Source: the human T2T-CHM13v2.0 reference genome, Homo sapiens. From it: 64,000 bases of DNA. The translations under genes and the position numbers were made by a program. Within the stretch, counting starts at the first letter, position 1. Every line of letters begins with the position of its first letter. The stretch is taken from assembly GCF_009914755.1 (NCBI RefSeq), contig NC_060927.1; one strand, 5' to 3'. Of this stretch, positions 1 to 13,766 are shown one piece after another. The notes below the pieces were generated by a model, which made no database searches, had not been told where the DNA came from, and worked only from the letters and a program-made list of their open reading frames with translations.

Positions 1-660
1 GGTCTATATATCTGTTTTGGTACCAGTACCATGCTGTGTTGGTTAATTTAGCCTTGTGGTGTGGTTTGAAGTCAGGTAGCGTGATGCCTCCAGCTTTGTT
101 CTTTTTGCTTAGGATTACCTTGGCTATGCGGGCTCTGTTTTGGTTCCATTTGAAATTTAAAGTAGTTTTTTCTAATTCTGTGAAGAAAGTCAATGGTAGC
201 TTGATGGGGATAGCATTGAATCTATAAATTACTTTGGACAGTATGGCCATTTTCATGATATTGATTCTTCCTATCCAGGAGCATGGAATGTTTTTCCATT
301 TGTTTTTGTCCTCTCTTATTTCCTTGAGCAGTGGTTTGTAGTTCTCCTTGAAGAGGTCCTTCCCATCCCTTGTAAGTTGTATTCCTAGGTGTTTTATTCT
401 CTTTGTAGCAATTGTTAATGGGAGTTCACTCATGATTTGGCTGTTTGTCTATTATTGGTATATAGGAATGCTTGTGATTTTTGCACACTGATTTTGTATC
501 CTGAGACTTTGCTGAAGTAGCTTACCAGCTTAAGGAGATTTTTGGCTGAGACGATGGGGTTTTCCAAATATACAATCAGGTCATCTGCAAACAGAGATAA
601 TTTCACTTCCTCTCTTCCTATTTGAGTACCCTTTATTTCTTTCTCTTGACTGATTGCCCT
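1..660 (-). mobile_element. LINE-1 (L1PA-type) ORF2 fragment, 5'-truncated near 660, continues left of window
   Basis: Antisense L1 ORF2 sequence (gtaccagtaccatgctg...gaagtcaggtagcgtgatgcctccagctttgttc...tcatctgcaaacagagataa). ORF 36..227 is the usual L1 antisense pseudo-ORF. Confidence 0.93.
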
Positions 661-1299
661 TACTGCCAGTGTTTTTTAAATTAAAATTGTTATTTGTGTA
701 TTAAAGTTTTAGTTCAAAGTTTCATAGGTTTTGATTGGCTTATTCCAAAGCAGGTTTTCCCCAAAAAACCTGTTATTTTTCCCATGTAGGTTACAACATT
801 TTTCAAAGTATATTTGATATAATAGCAGAAATGCATGTATCTGCAATTTCTGGCAAGATTAAAGTTCTCAAAAATATTTACTAAATGGGAACAAATTATA
901 ACTATTATTATTGTATTCCTTGAACATTTTTGTCTGAGCATCTCTTAGTCATAGCTGAACTCAACTTTTCACTGGTTTCTGAAATATTATCCACCTTGAC
1001 GGTCCCAATTTCCTTTTGAAATAAACCATTTCTGTTTCTTATTATGTTTTATTCTCTTCCCAGTCAAAACTCTTAATTCCCTGTGAGTCTGTGTTTCCCA
1101 TTAGACTGAGTCATGTACCTGGTAAGCACTCCACAAATGCAAGTGGTTGAATGAAGGATTCAATGTTGAATGAATGTATCACTTTCCAACCTAGAAATAG
1201 AGATAGAAAAATGGCAAGATTTATCCATCAACAACCTTCTATGGTCCTGCAGTGAAGCTTCTTCTAATAATGTCTAGAATTTATTTAGCAATAAATATG

Positions 1300-1806
<507 letters not shown>

Positions 1807-2524
1807 CAAGTTACAACAAAATGATTTCACTGTCAATGTAATGCAAAGGTACATGCATGTGTTTGTATGCACAAGTGTGTGAATGCTGTGTTTCATCATA
1901 ACTGAAGATATTAAAGGATCCATTACTCCAGTATGCTGTCGTCATTGAATGTAACTGAAGACTCCCTCTATGGAAGAACTAGAAGATGTATTTTAACTAT
2001 GTACAGACTTAGAGACTTCTTCTGTCCATAACTTATTCGGAGTTGTAGTTTGCAATCCTCAATCAGCCTAACCAATGGAACCACCCCACCTTTTTAGAAC
2101 TTAAAACACCCTGACTTTGCTGCCTTTTTTCCTCCTCATCATTCTGTGAATGTCTCTTCTGTTTTGTGTTCTCCTTCCTGGCATGGTAATAAACTCAAAA
2201 ACAACTGCTCCTCCTCCTCCTTCTCCATTTCTTTCTTTTACGCTTTTGGTGGTCTTTGGTTTATTCTTTGAAAGCAGTGCTGTGGGAGACTATTACAGAA
2301 GTCCATTTACCAACATTGGGTCCCAAACTCCAGCTTTTGAAACTGTGCATTCTTTCAACCTCAGACAAATAATTAGACAAATCCACCTTCAAAAATATCA
2401 TAAATCTATATTGATTAAGACTTGGGGATAATTACATAAATTAGTGACAGGATGGCATAAAAAATTATTTAATGTAGAGTTCATGTTCTATATAGAAATG
2501 TATGTTAATAGAAAGCAGGTCAGA

Positions 2525-2841
<317 letters not shown>

Positions 2842-3944
2842 TTACTTACTGGAGACACTTTGGGAGCCTGTTCTGAATAATAAAGGAAGATTCAGATAGT
2901 TTATCAATGGTTTATAAGTTATTTGTTCTCTAAAGTGTGGTGGGGCTGAGCATATTTGAAAATAAGTTGTTCTCTTAAGTAAGCAAAGATAAACTACTCC
3001 AAAATTATTTCCCAACATATAACCCCCAAATTATCTGGGTTATTCCAACCATTTGCAGAAACAACTTTTTATGCATATGCTTCTATTTATTTTTTTCCCA
3101 AATAATTGCAAACTCAATATTAGACAGTCTCGTTCTTAAGGTATACCTTGCATGTTATACAGAAAGTGGAGACTGTGTATGTGAGTTTTTGAGAGAGGGC
3201 GAGCACGTAGGAACACATGTGTATGCATACATAATAGTAAAGATTTCTGCATTCTGTAAAAAGTATTCTTGTATATAAGCATTAAAATGAAGACACCTGA
3301 GGAAATAACACACTTATGTAACTCCCCTCTGCACCTTTCAAAGAGGTCTTTTTTTGTGTATATTTATTTTCTGTGTAGATCTGTATTGATTGTCTTGTGA
3401 TAGTATTCAAAGTTTTTCAAGCAGTTTGACTGAATAAATGAGGAAAAAAGAGGGGGAATAAGGACAAGTGGGTATAGTCTGTGATTCTGAAGGAAACCAG
3501 AAGGAAACTTTAAAGATTTTTCTCTAATTTTGGATGTAGAAGGAAACAGTACCCTTTACAATTTGTTATTCTTTGAAGCTGATAGTTCAGAGTTTTTTCC
3601 CCTTTTTAAATTGGATAATTTATAAATGAATGCTTCCAAAGGAACTTTAAAATCAAAAGAGAAAATATATTTCTTGAAAGTTGTTTTGTCACCAGTACTT
3701 TTTAGCCTAAATATTTTTTCAACTCTGGTAATTACTTGATTTTAAAATTCCATATGCTAAAAGTCAAGAATATGCAAATGTCCGTGGGAGAAATGAACAT
3801 GGTGAGGGTCTCTTGAGGGCAATAATTCAGCTGCATTTCTCATGGATGTAGATCATTACTTTCAATTACGCTTATATGCCTCAGTTTTGGTATTTGGGTG
3901 AGTTGGGAAAAGAGAAAAACAGTGCTCACCCTGGCTCTTCTGAT

Positions 3945-4075
3945 CATCGTGTGCTATGTCTGGTGGTATGTGCATGCCCAATCTGACTTTATTCTTAGGA
4001 CAACCCTGAGAAGAAGGCAGATCCTCATTTTACACATGGAGATGAAAAGGCAAAGAAAGGTTAGGGAACCTACCA
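3945..4075 (-). mobile_element. MIR fragment
   Basis: acaaccctgagaag...cctcattttacacatggagatgaaaaggcaaagaaaggttaggg resembles the MIR core. Confidence 0.5.
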
Positions 4076-4127
4076 CATTCATGACAAATTTAAACAGTAT
4101 GACTCCTTCAAACTCCTTCCGCGATAG

Positions 4128-4290
4128 CAGCAGTTCTCAAATTGGAATAAACATTAGAATAATCAGTTGGAGGGTTTATGAAATACAGATTGCTAGACCC
4201 CATCGTCAGACTTTCCGATTCAATGGATCTATGGTGAGGCTGATAATTGGCAGTTCTAATTCATTCCCAGGTGATATTAATATGGCTATT
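4128..4290 (-). mobile_element. MER5A (hAT-Charlie)
   Basis: cagcagttctcaaa...tggagggtttatgaaatacagattgctagacccca...ttcccaggtgat matches reverse-complemented MER5A. Confidence 0.75.
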
Positions 4291-5155
4291 CAACACCAGT
4301 GCATACCATACGATAGGATCTCTAAGCCTCCATCAAAAATGCCCTGTCAATAAAAAGTGAATATTCAGTGCCTGAGTGAAATAATAAAAACCATGTCCTG
4401 TTATACTTTTTGCTCCTCACATTCAGATACATGTACCCTCTGGGAATGAGACGGTTTGCCTAGGGTTGTCAAAGCTACAGGGTAAACATGATGCATTCTC
4501 GGAAAGTGCCAGTTTGCCTTGATGGTAAATAGTTCAGCATGCTATTTTTATACTAAAACAAATACATGGCTATGTTATGGAATAGAATACAAATTCACGT
4601 GGATTTCTAAAATAAAGCTCTAGGTTTCAAAGAAATTTTGCCCTTCAGGTAGACTGCTTTAGCTATGCTTCAAGTCTCAGAGGGTACCTGTTTGCTTTCC
4701 TCTGGCAGTAGGTAGGTTTAGCTAAGAAAAAAAGAAGCTATTTTACATCGATATTAAATACCTTCTTGAACTGAGTTTCTTTCTCCGGATTCAGATTCTA
4801 GTCTCCTCCCCGACCTTGTAGTGAATGCTTCTCAGGGTTTAGCCTTCAGGACCAGGAACATTAACCTTTTTCTAAGGATATATAGAAACTCTAGCTTTAG
4901 AGATAACACTTCTGTTTAACTCTGAATACCAGAAACTACAAATACAGAGGAAAAAAAAAAACCTACAAATACAGCAAATACAGTCCTAGGTTTTGGTACG
5001 CATTAGTTCCTAAGTCAGGTACCCATCGTCCTAGGCTGTGTTGTCCATTTGAAGTGAGTGGCCCTATTCTTTTTATTCCAAGCATGAGCATAGGGCTCTT
5101 TCTTTAGGTCCCCAATCTATGCCCTCACTTACAAGTTCTCTCTTTACTCTGGAGA

Positions 5156-5508
5156 AGAGGATGGCATACTATGTCCCGTGGGCCAAATCAGGCATGCCAC
5201 CTGTTTTTATATGGTTTGCAAGCTTAGAATGGTTTTATAATTTTAAATGGTTGGAAAAAAATCAAAACAGGAATTATGTTTTACAACACATGAAAATTAT
5301 AAGAGATTCATATTTCTATTATAAGAAATTCTGCTTGCATAAGTAAAGTCTTCTTGAAACATAGCCTCAATTATTCAGTTTTTTAGTGTCTAAGGTATAT
5401 TTCATGCTATCAAGTCAGGGGTGAATAGTTGTGACAGAGACCTTGTAGCCCACAAAGCCAAAAATATTTGCTTTTCAGCTATTTACAAAAGAAGTTTACA
5501 GATCACTG
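5156..5508 (+). mobile_element. MER58B (hAT-Charlie)
   Basis: cccgtgggccaaatc...aatggttggaaaaaaatcaaaa...gttgtgacagagacc...aagtttacagatcactg follows MER58B end to end. Confidence 0.85.
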
Positions 5509-6029
5509 TTCTACAGGAGGCAGATGTATTTTGGCCTTTAGAGAACCTGTGCTGTCTTAGATCCAGACTCAAACCACTTCCTCTTACAGAATAGGTTGTC
5601 CCATTTTCTGTCCTTCCTCCAAGGAAAGTGTGGGTAACTAGTAGTTGTTTGAATGACTGTTAACGCTTACCCAAAAAATCCCAACCTTAATGTGTCCTGA
5701 AGTTAGGGTTTCCAGACCCAGAACTCAAGGCTTTTTGAGATGAGGGAGCGAAAGCTACCTTTTATTTATTTCTATGCCAGTATTTTTTAAAATCCTAAAT
5801 TAATATGTCAGTAAATTTTCTTGCACAGATTCTTAAAGACTTTGCAAGAAAAGACTCTGAAAAACTAGAAATGTATATGAGGGTGTGCCCTTTATCCCAC
5901 TGATATAGGAAAGTAAGCACATAAAGAACCATGTGAATCTTCCTCGGTGGTGATGGTAGAAATGGTGTCACCTTTTGACCTTTTCTTTCTCCAAGGAGAA
6001 ATATACTTATTCACTCAAAAGTGCATATC

Positions 6030-6178
6030 TCCATCCTGTATTCTCCCCAGAAAATAGGGCCTGAGTCAGGGCTTGCATGCAGCTAGTTTATTATGAGAGG
6101 TGATCCAGGGAACAGGTGTAGGGGACTCAGAAGAGAAATACAGAAATGGAGGAAAAAGCCATGGAAAGGGTACATTTG
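6030..6178 (-). mobile_element. ERVL-class LTR (LTR33-like), distal part of 3' LTR of the ERVL relic
   Basis: ccccagaaaatagggcctgagtcagggc...tagtttattatgagaggtgatccaggga resembles LTR33-type antisense; resumes at ~9528 after an L1 insertion. Confidence 0.6.
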
Positions 6179-6279
6179 TTTTTAGTTTCTTCCTTTCCTT
6201 CCTTAAAAAACTAGCTTTATGGAGATATAATTTATATACTATAAAACTCCTCCATTTAAAATATAAAATTCAATGGGTT

Positions 6280-6385
6280 GATATATATGTATATATGTGT
6301 ATATATATATAACATACATATGCATGTGTATATATATAACATATATGCATATGTGTGTATATATATATATAAAACATATGTATGT
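6280..6385. repeat. Compound (TA)n/(TG)/(CA) microsatellite
   Basis: atatatatgtatatatgtgtatatatatataacatacatatgcatgtgtatatatat... Confidence 0.9.
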
Positions 6386-6998
6386 ATTAGAGTTGTACAA
6401 TGAATAACCACAATCAAGTTTTAGAATATTAATAACCTTTAAAAGAAATCCCATTGCCACAAAGTTACTTTCTATTTCTCCCTCAATCCTTTCCTAGACA
6501 CTGTAACCATGAATATATTTTCTATCTTTATGGATTTGCCTATTCCAGATATTTATGTAAATAAAGTCCCATGAGACTGGCTTCTTTCACTTGGCATATT
6601 TTCAAGTTTCATCCATGTTGTAGCAATTATCAGATTTTCCTATGTTTTTATTGCCAAATAACATTCACTTGTATGAACAAAGTATGTTTTATTTATCCTC
6701 AAGTTAGTGGACATGGGAGTTGCTTCTAATTTTTGGCTATTTTGAATAATGCTGCAAGGAACATTAGCATACAAGTTTTTTTTATAGACATATGGTTTTA
6801 ATTCTCTTGGGTATATACCTAAAATGGAATTGCTAGGTCATATGGCAACTTTATTTTTAACCTTTTGAGGAATAGTCAAACTGTTTTTCAAAGTGGCTGT
6901 ACCATTTTACAATCCAACTAGCAATGTATGATGTTTCAATTTCTTTACATCTTCAGGAACACTGAAGACGTATTACCTAACTTTAAAATTTTAGCCAC

Positions 6999-7415
6999 TG
7001 TGTTCATCCATTTTGCCTTGCTATAAAGGAATACCTGAGACTAGGTAATTTACAAAGAAAAGAGGTTTATTTGGCTCACAGTTCTGCAGGCTGTACAAGC
7101 ATGGCACCAGCATCTGCTTGGCTTCTAGTAAGGCCTCAGGAAGCTTCTACTCATGTTGGAAGGCAAAGGGAGAACAAGCATGTCACACACCAAGAGAGGG
7201 AGCAAGAAAGAGAGGAGGAGGTGCCAGGCTCTTAAAAACAGCTCTTACATGAACTAGTAGAGTGAGAACTCACTTATTACTGCTGGGAGGGTACCAAACC
7301 AGTTATGAGGGATCTGTCCCCATGACCAAAACATCTCCCACCAGGCCCCACCTCTTACACTGGGAGTCACATTTCAACGTGAGATTTGGAGGGGACAAAC
7401 ATCAAAGCTATGTCA
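6999..7415 (-). mobile_element. MSTB-type MaLR solo LTR
   Basis: TG...CA ends; gctataaaggaatacctgagactaggtaatttacaaagaaaagaggtttatttggctcacagttctgcaggctgtac; degenerate 5-bp TSD gccac/ggcat. Confidence 0.88.
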
Positions 7416-7578
7416 GGCATCCTCGTTGGTGTGAAGTGGTATCACATGGTTTTGCCATTCCCTGCTGGCTAATGATATTGAGCATCATTTCACATGCTTA
7501 TTGACCATTTGTATATATTTGGAGAAGTATATATTCAAATCATTTTCCTTTTTGTAATTTGGGTTGTCTTTTTATTGA

Positions 7579-7956
<378 letters not shown>

Positions 7957-9527
7957 GCTTGTTCACCTTCTTGATGGTATCCTTGAAGCACAAAGTTTTA
8001 AATTTTTATGAAGGCCAATTTATCTATTTTTCTTCTGTCACTTGTGGTTTTGGTATTAAATCTAAGAAGGCTTTGCCTAACCCAAGGTCATGAAGCTGTA
8101 CTCCTAAATTTTCTTTTAAGAGTTTTATAGTTTTAGGCCTTACATTTAGGTAGGTCTGTGATCCATTTTGGATTAATGTTTGTGCATGCTGTGTAAGGAA
8201 GGGGGGGTTCAACTTTATTCTTTTAAATATGTATCTCCTGATGTCCCAGAAAGATTTGTTAACATACTCTTCTTTCTTTTATAGAATTGTCTTGGCACCT
8301 TTATCAAGAATCAATTGATCATAAATATTAGTACATATTTCTGGGCTCTCAATTTTATTCCATTGATTTATATGTTCATGTTTATGCCAGTGTCACGCTA
8401 TCTTCATTATTATAGTTTGGTAGGAAGTTTTGAAATTGAGAAATTTGAGTCCTTCATCTTTTTTTCATCTTTTTAAAGATTGTTTTGGCTATTCTGTGAT
8501 GCTGGAATTTCCATATGAATTTTAGGATCAGACTGTTAATTTCTTCTGTAAAGAAGCCAGCTGGCATTTGGATAGGAATTGTGTTGATTCTGTAGATCAC
8601 TTTGGTAAGTATTGCCATTTTAACAATATTAAATCTTCTGACCCATGAGCATGTATGTTTTTCCAGTTAGTTAGTCTTTCTTTAATTTCTTTGAACAGTG
8701 TTTTATCATTTTCAAAGTATAAGTTTTACATTGCTTTTGTTAAAATATTTTAAAGTATTTTATTCTTTTTGAAGCTGTTGTCAATGGAATTGTTTTCTTA
8801 ATTTTATTTTCAGATTGTACATTGCTAAGTGTAGAAATACAACTGTATTTTGCAGCATATCAATATTATACTATGCAACTTTGCTGAACTTGTTTCAAAT
8901 TATTTTATTTTCTTGCCTAATTGCCTTGCATTTGACCTCCAGTACAATGTGGAATAGAAATGGGGAAAGTGTAATCCTTGTCTCGTTCTTAAAAGAAAAG
9001 CTCTCCTTTTTCACCATTAAGTTGGATGGTAGCTGTAGATTTTTTATATTAATTGATGTACTCTATCAGGTTGATAAAGTTCCCTTCCATTCCTAATTTT
9101 TTGAAGCTTTTAATCCAGAACGAGTCTTGGATTTTCTGCATCTATTGGAATGATCATATGTTTTTCACCTCCTTTTTTTTTTTTCCTCCATTGATGTATT
9201 GTATCACGTTGACTGATTTTGAGATGTTAAACCAAACGTAGATTTTTGGGATGTATCCTACTTGGTCATGATCTGTAATAATTTTTATATGTTGTTAGAT
9301 TTGATTTGACAGTATTTGGTTGAGAATGTTGGCATCTGTATTTATAAGAGACATTGGCACATTTTCTGTTTTTGTGAGGTGTTTTCTGGTTTTGGTATCA
9401 GTGTATAACTGGCCCCATAGATTGCCTTGAGGAGTAGTCTCTCCTCTTCTAATTTTTGGAAGAGATTGAGAAGAATTGATATTATTGCTTCTTTAAATAT
9501 TTGGTAGTTTTATAAGTGAAATAATCT

Positions 9528-10227
9528 GGAAGGGCACATTCTTGAGTTGAACAGTGATGTAAGCCAACTTGACTGGGTTTGGTCATATCCCTCTGAAAGA
9601 TCAAGTGTACCATATCTCAGAATTGCCCACCAAGGGGGCAGAAAATGGGAGCATTTATCCATTCACCAGTCCCATCCCCTATTGTTCAATAGTTTCCTTG
9701 TAAAATGTTAGCTCCCTTGTATTTTCAGGATTTCCTTGTGTGAGTGGCAAGTGAATTCTTGTAGATACAAAGTCCAAAAAGCTGCAGTGCAGCTTAAGTG
9801 AGGTGCTGTTATGTATAACAGCATGAAGCTTGTTGTGGCACCAATGGCTGGAATAAATGGTTGGAGCAAAAATGTGAATTAGGGTACAAGAGTCCCCATT
9901 TATCTATGGGCAATACATTCTAAGAACTGAGTGGCTGCCTGAAACCACAGAGAGTAAGAAGCTGTATGTATTTTGTGCTTTTTGACCTGATAACTGAGAC
10001 GGTTACTAAGTGACTAACAGGTGGGTAGTATATACAATATGGATAGGTTGGACAAAGTAATGATTCATGTGTTCAGTAGGATGAAGTGGGACAGCATGAA
10101 ATTTCATTATGTTCCTCAGAATGGTGTACAATATAAGACTTACTGTTTATTTCTGGAAGTTTTCATTTAATTTTTTCAGACTGAAGATAAGGGAGAAGTA
10201 CTGTAGTGCATTCATTAAAGCACTTCA
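9528..10227 (-). mobile_element. ERVL-class LTR (LTR33-like), proximal part of 3' LTR, interrupted by MER44
   Basis: ctcagaattgcccaccaagggggcagaaaatgggagcatttatcca continues the LTR begun at 6030; purine-tract-like aagggcacaagcagac on minus strand just outside ~10227. Confidence 0.55.
9887..10204. mobile_element. MER44-family (Tigger7) DNA transposon
   Basis: gtccccatttatc...tgcctgaaaccacag...gttactaagtgactaacaggtgggtagt...gataagggagaagtactg; TIR-like ends. Confidence 0.75.
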
Positions 10228-10229
10228 GT

Positions 10230-12338
10230 CTGCTTGTGCCCTTCATTATGTTTGATCAGTCATGAAGACTGCAACATTTGTGGTTACCTCCCAAATCCAT
10301 AAAGGAATAAAACAAGAGGTTAGTAGGACAAGATTCAACTTCTACAACTCTTTCTGAGATCATAATTAACTATTCATCTCGTTTCTTTACCTCTAATTCC
10401 ACATTTCCCTCACCTTTATTCAGCACTTCAGTGCAGATAATATGCTGGCCTTGTAGGGTAACTCAAAACTTCATCACTATGGAATATGAGTACTTGATTG
10501 TTTTGCCTTTGTTGAACTATAGTTTCTGCAGTTCTCCACTTACAATTATTACTCAGCATAGAAACACTAAGTGATGCCTCAGAGAATCCCCTAGGTACCA
10601 TATATACTCATTCCTCCCTGGTGTTGTATAGAGACAGCCCTATCTCCTTAAGCTTACAGGGTCAATTATGGCTGTCAATATAACTCATTTCCTTTCTTAA
10701 TGTCCTACTGTCATGAGGATTCCCAAATGGCAAGGTAATAATTGCAGATTCAAGTTCAGTGGATTCTAATCCAACAAAGCCTAAAGTTTTAAGGATATAA
10801 AGAACAACTCTAAACACTAGAAACTGGAAGTGGTAATAAGCATTGTGTATCTACTTTTTCCCCTTGTTATTTTGGCCAGTTGACTCTAGCTTTTAGGGAA
10901 AAACCACTATGTGTATCAGCTATTACTTCCATGTAAAATTTCAGAGCTCATTTTCCCAAACTCATTGGATATTGTCCTGAAATGGATCTTATCTAGACTT
11001 ATCAATTATGCCATTAGATTGACTGCTTTTCAGTGATATAATACATGTAGGATTAGTGGATCAAGTGATCAAATGCCCATCAATGTACCTCCATTACCAC
11101 AAAATAGGTCCCTTTGTTGGTGATCATTACTAAGATATGATGCTATAAATGAGGAGTTCTGGAAGTCTTTGAATAGTGGTGCTGACAGGAAATGCAGACC
11201 AGGAAGACACTCCCATATCTGGAGCATATATCAATTCCAGTAAGTAAAATTCCAAGTAGAACTTGTCTAATAGTAAGTTGCTCAATCTGCCAGTAAGTGG
11301 CTGGCTGGTTTCCAGAGTGCCATTGTAAGAGTTCAGTATCAGAACCTTGGCAGGTTGAACCCTCAGCAGTGGCCTTGGTAAGAGGATTCCCACTGTCTTT
11401 CACCCATTTATAAGCTTTATTCCTGCTACTTTGTTCAAGGCCCCTTTTTGTAAGCACTGGGTTTAGTGCTTACTTTATAGTGAGCTATAATATAAAACAT
11501 AAGTAGCAGCATGTTTTGTATCCTCTCCAATAGATTGCCCCATCCCTACATTTCTTTGTCTCTGATCTTTTCATCTTATTCTTTGTAGGCAGCTGACCAG
11601 CAAGATAAGTCATTCAGCAATGCCTAGAATTTAATGTTACCCTACACTTTAGGTCATTTCTTCTTCCATACAATGTGAATGACTTCATGTACTCTTCTTA
11701 TCTTTGCTCACTGGAAGGATTTTCCTTCACCATTTTCCCTCAAGGTCAGCTATGACTGGGACTGCTGTGCCGCAGCATTGTCAGCTAACTCCAACATGTA
11801 GAGCTGCTCCATTGGAGAACTAGGCCTAAGTATTTTTCTCCTCTAAAAGTTGATCATAGAATCTCTGCCCCCACCCCTCCCCACCCCGAGACCATACGTA
11901 TGAATTGAGAGAGAGGTACATTTCAGGTAGAGGTACAATTCGGGTAGAGGTAGGATCTCCAGGAGCCTGGGTCACTTCTTTATCTAAGTTACTTATGCCT
12001 TCAAGACCTGCTTGGGCCTTATCCTGAACATCCTATTTCCATTATATATGATGGGTTGCTGCTGTAGCCGTCCAATATTGTGATTTGGAGGATCTGATAA
12101 TATCAGCTCCAAATGGGTAATTCTAGACACATAATTATTTGGTGTCTTTTGATCAGGCTCTTACACCCCACTAGCGCTCCTTAGCAATATAAGAACTGTC
12201 TTTCAAATGATGACTAGTTTTCTCCTGCAGAAAGCATGGCTTTAGAACACAAGGGATATGCATTTGACTCTTCTACTGAAGCTTGTCAAGGATGATGCCC
12301 TGTATTCATATTCAATATGGATGCCTATAGCACCATTA
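10230..12338 (-). mobile_element. ERVL-class internal sequence: decayed pol (RNase H and integrase)
   Basis: ORF 11143..11457(-) has AYKWVKDSGNPLTKA..TAEGSTCQ..GNQPATYWQI..LLTGIDICSRYG, resembling HERV-L integrase (GYAWAQQHGLPLTKA..TAECPICQ..GDQPATWWQV..VLTGIDTYSGYG). 11960-12330(-) reads SKAMLSAGEN*SSFERQ and LSDPPNHNIGRLQQQPII..DKAQAGLEGISNLDKEVTQ like HERV-L pol. Many stops and frameshifts. Confidence 0.85.
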
Positions 12339-13762
12339 TGTGTCCGGAATTTGGTGGGTTCTTGGTCTCATGGACTTCAACAATGAAGCCATGGACCCTC
12401 ACGGTGAGTGTCACCGTTCTTGAAGATGGTGTGTCCGGAGTTCATTCCTTCTGATGTTCGGACGTGTTCGGAGTTTCTTCCTTCTGGTGGGTTTGTGGTC
12501 TCGCTGGCCTCAGGAATGAGGTTCCAGACCTTTGCGGTGAGTGTTACAGTTCATAAAGGCAGTGCAGACCCAAAGAGTGAGCAGCAGCAAGATATATTGC
12601 AAAGAACAAAAGAACAAAGGCTCCATAGTATGGAAGGGGACCCGAATGGGTTGCCACTGCTGGCTCAGGCAGCCTGCTTTTATTCCCTTATCTGGCCCCA
12701 CCCACATCCTGCTGACTGGTCCATTTTACAGAGAGCTGATTGGTCTGTTTTACAGAGAGCTGATTGGTCCATTTTGACAGGGTGCTGATTGGTGCATTTA
12801 CAATCCCTGAGCTAGGCATAAAGTTTCTCCAAGTCCCCACTAGATTAGCTAGACACAGAGCACTGATTGGTGCATTTACAAACCTTGAACTAGACACAGG
12901 GTGCTGATTGGTGTGTTTACAAACCTTGAGCTAGACACAGAGTGCTGATTGGTGTATTTACAATCCTTTAGCTAGACATAAAGGTTCTCCAAGTCCCCAC
13001 TAGATTAGCTAGATACAGAGTGCTGATTGGTGCATTTACAAACCTTGAGCTAGACACAGGGTGCTGATTGGTGTATTTACAATCCCTTAGCTAGACATAA
13101 AGGTTCTCCAAGTCCCCACTAGACTCAGGAGCCCAGCTGGCTTCACCTAGTGGATCCTTCACCAGGCCGCAGGCAGAGCTTCCTGCCAGTCCCACGCCAT
13201 GCACCTGCACGCCTCAGCCCTTGGGCAGTCGATGGGACCGGGCGCCGCGGAGCAGGGGGTGGTGCTCGTCGGGGAGGCTCGGGCTGCGCAGTAGCCTGCG
13301 GTAGAGGGGAGGCTCGGGCATGGCGGGCTACAGGTCCTGAACCCTGCCCCCCGCGGGGAGGCAGCTAAGGTCTGGCAAGAATTCGAGTGCAACACCGGTG
13401 GCCCGCCCTGCTGTGGGACCCGGTGCACACTCTGCAGCTGCTGGCCCAGGTGCTAAGCCCCTTACTGCCCGGGACCGGCGGCACCAGCTGGCTGCTCCAA
13501 GTGCGGAGTCCGCTGAGCCCACACCCACCTGGAACTCGCGCTGGCCCACGAGCGTGGCGGGCAGCCCTGGTTCCTGCCCACGCCTCTCCCTCTACACCTC
13601 CCCATAAGCAGAGGGAGCCAGCTCTGGCCTTGGCCAGCCCAGAGAGGTGCTCCCACAGTGCAGCGGTGGGCTGAAGGGCTCCTCAAGCGCAGCCAGAGTG
13701 GGTGCTGAGGCCAAGGAGGCGCCGAGAGCGAGCGAGGGCTGCCAGCATGCTGTCACCTCTCA
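12339..13762 (-). mobile_element. Complete solo LTR12 (ERV9 LTR, LTR12C/D-like)
   Basis: Minus strand starts TGAGAGGTGACAGC and ends CCGGACACA; GC-rich U3; CCAAT tandem repeats; perfect 4-bp TSD ATTA (12335-12338 / 13763-13766). Confidence 0.97.
12678..13125 (-). promoter_or_regulatory. LTR12 enhancer/promoter: CCAAT (NF-Y) tandem array and AATAAAA TATA-like box
   Basis: Eight intact ctgattgg copies in ~41-bp and longer repeat units (12730-13075); ttttatt at 12678-12684 reads AATAAAA on minus. Activity in this copy is inferred, not shown. Confidence 0.7.
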
Positions 13763-13766
13763 ATTA

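Noticed and set aside
3898-4353. 151-aa ORF with hydrophobic N-terminus resembling a signal peptide
   Set aside because: GTG start and runs through MIR and MER5A remnants.
11130-11457. Possible domesticated ERVL integrase
   Set aside because: Split over frames, zinc-finger residues lost, stops throughout.
11918-11955. Small tandem duplications (also ~17198, ~19741, ~41788)
   Set aside because: Ordinary slippage duplications inside repeats.
12730-13125. Regularly spaced repeats superficially like a CRISPR array
   Set aside because: Spacers are themselves repeated, DNA is human, no cas genes; this is the known LTR12 enhancer array.
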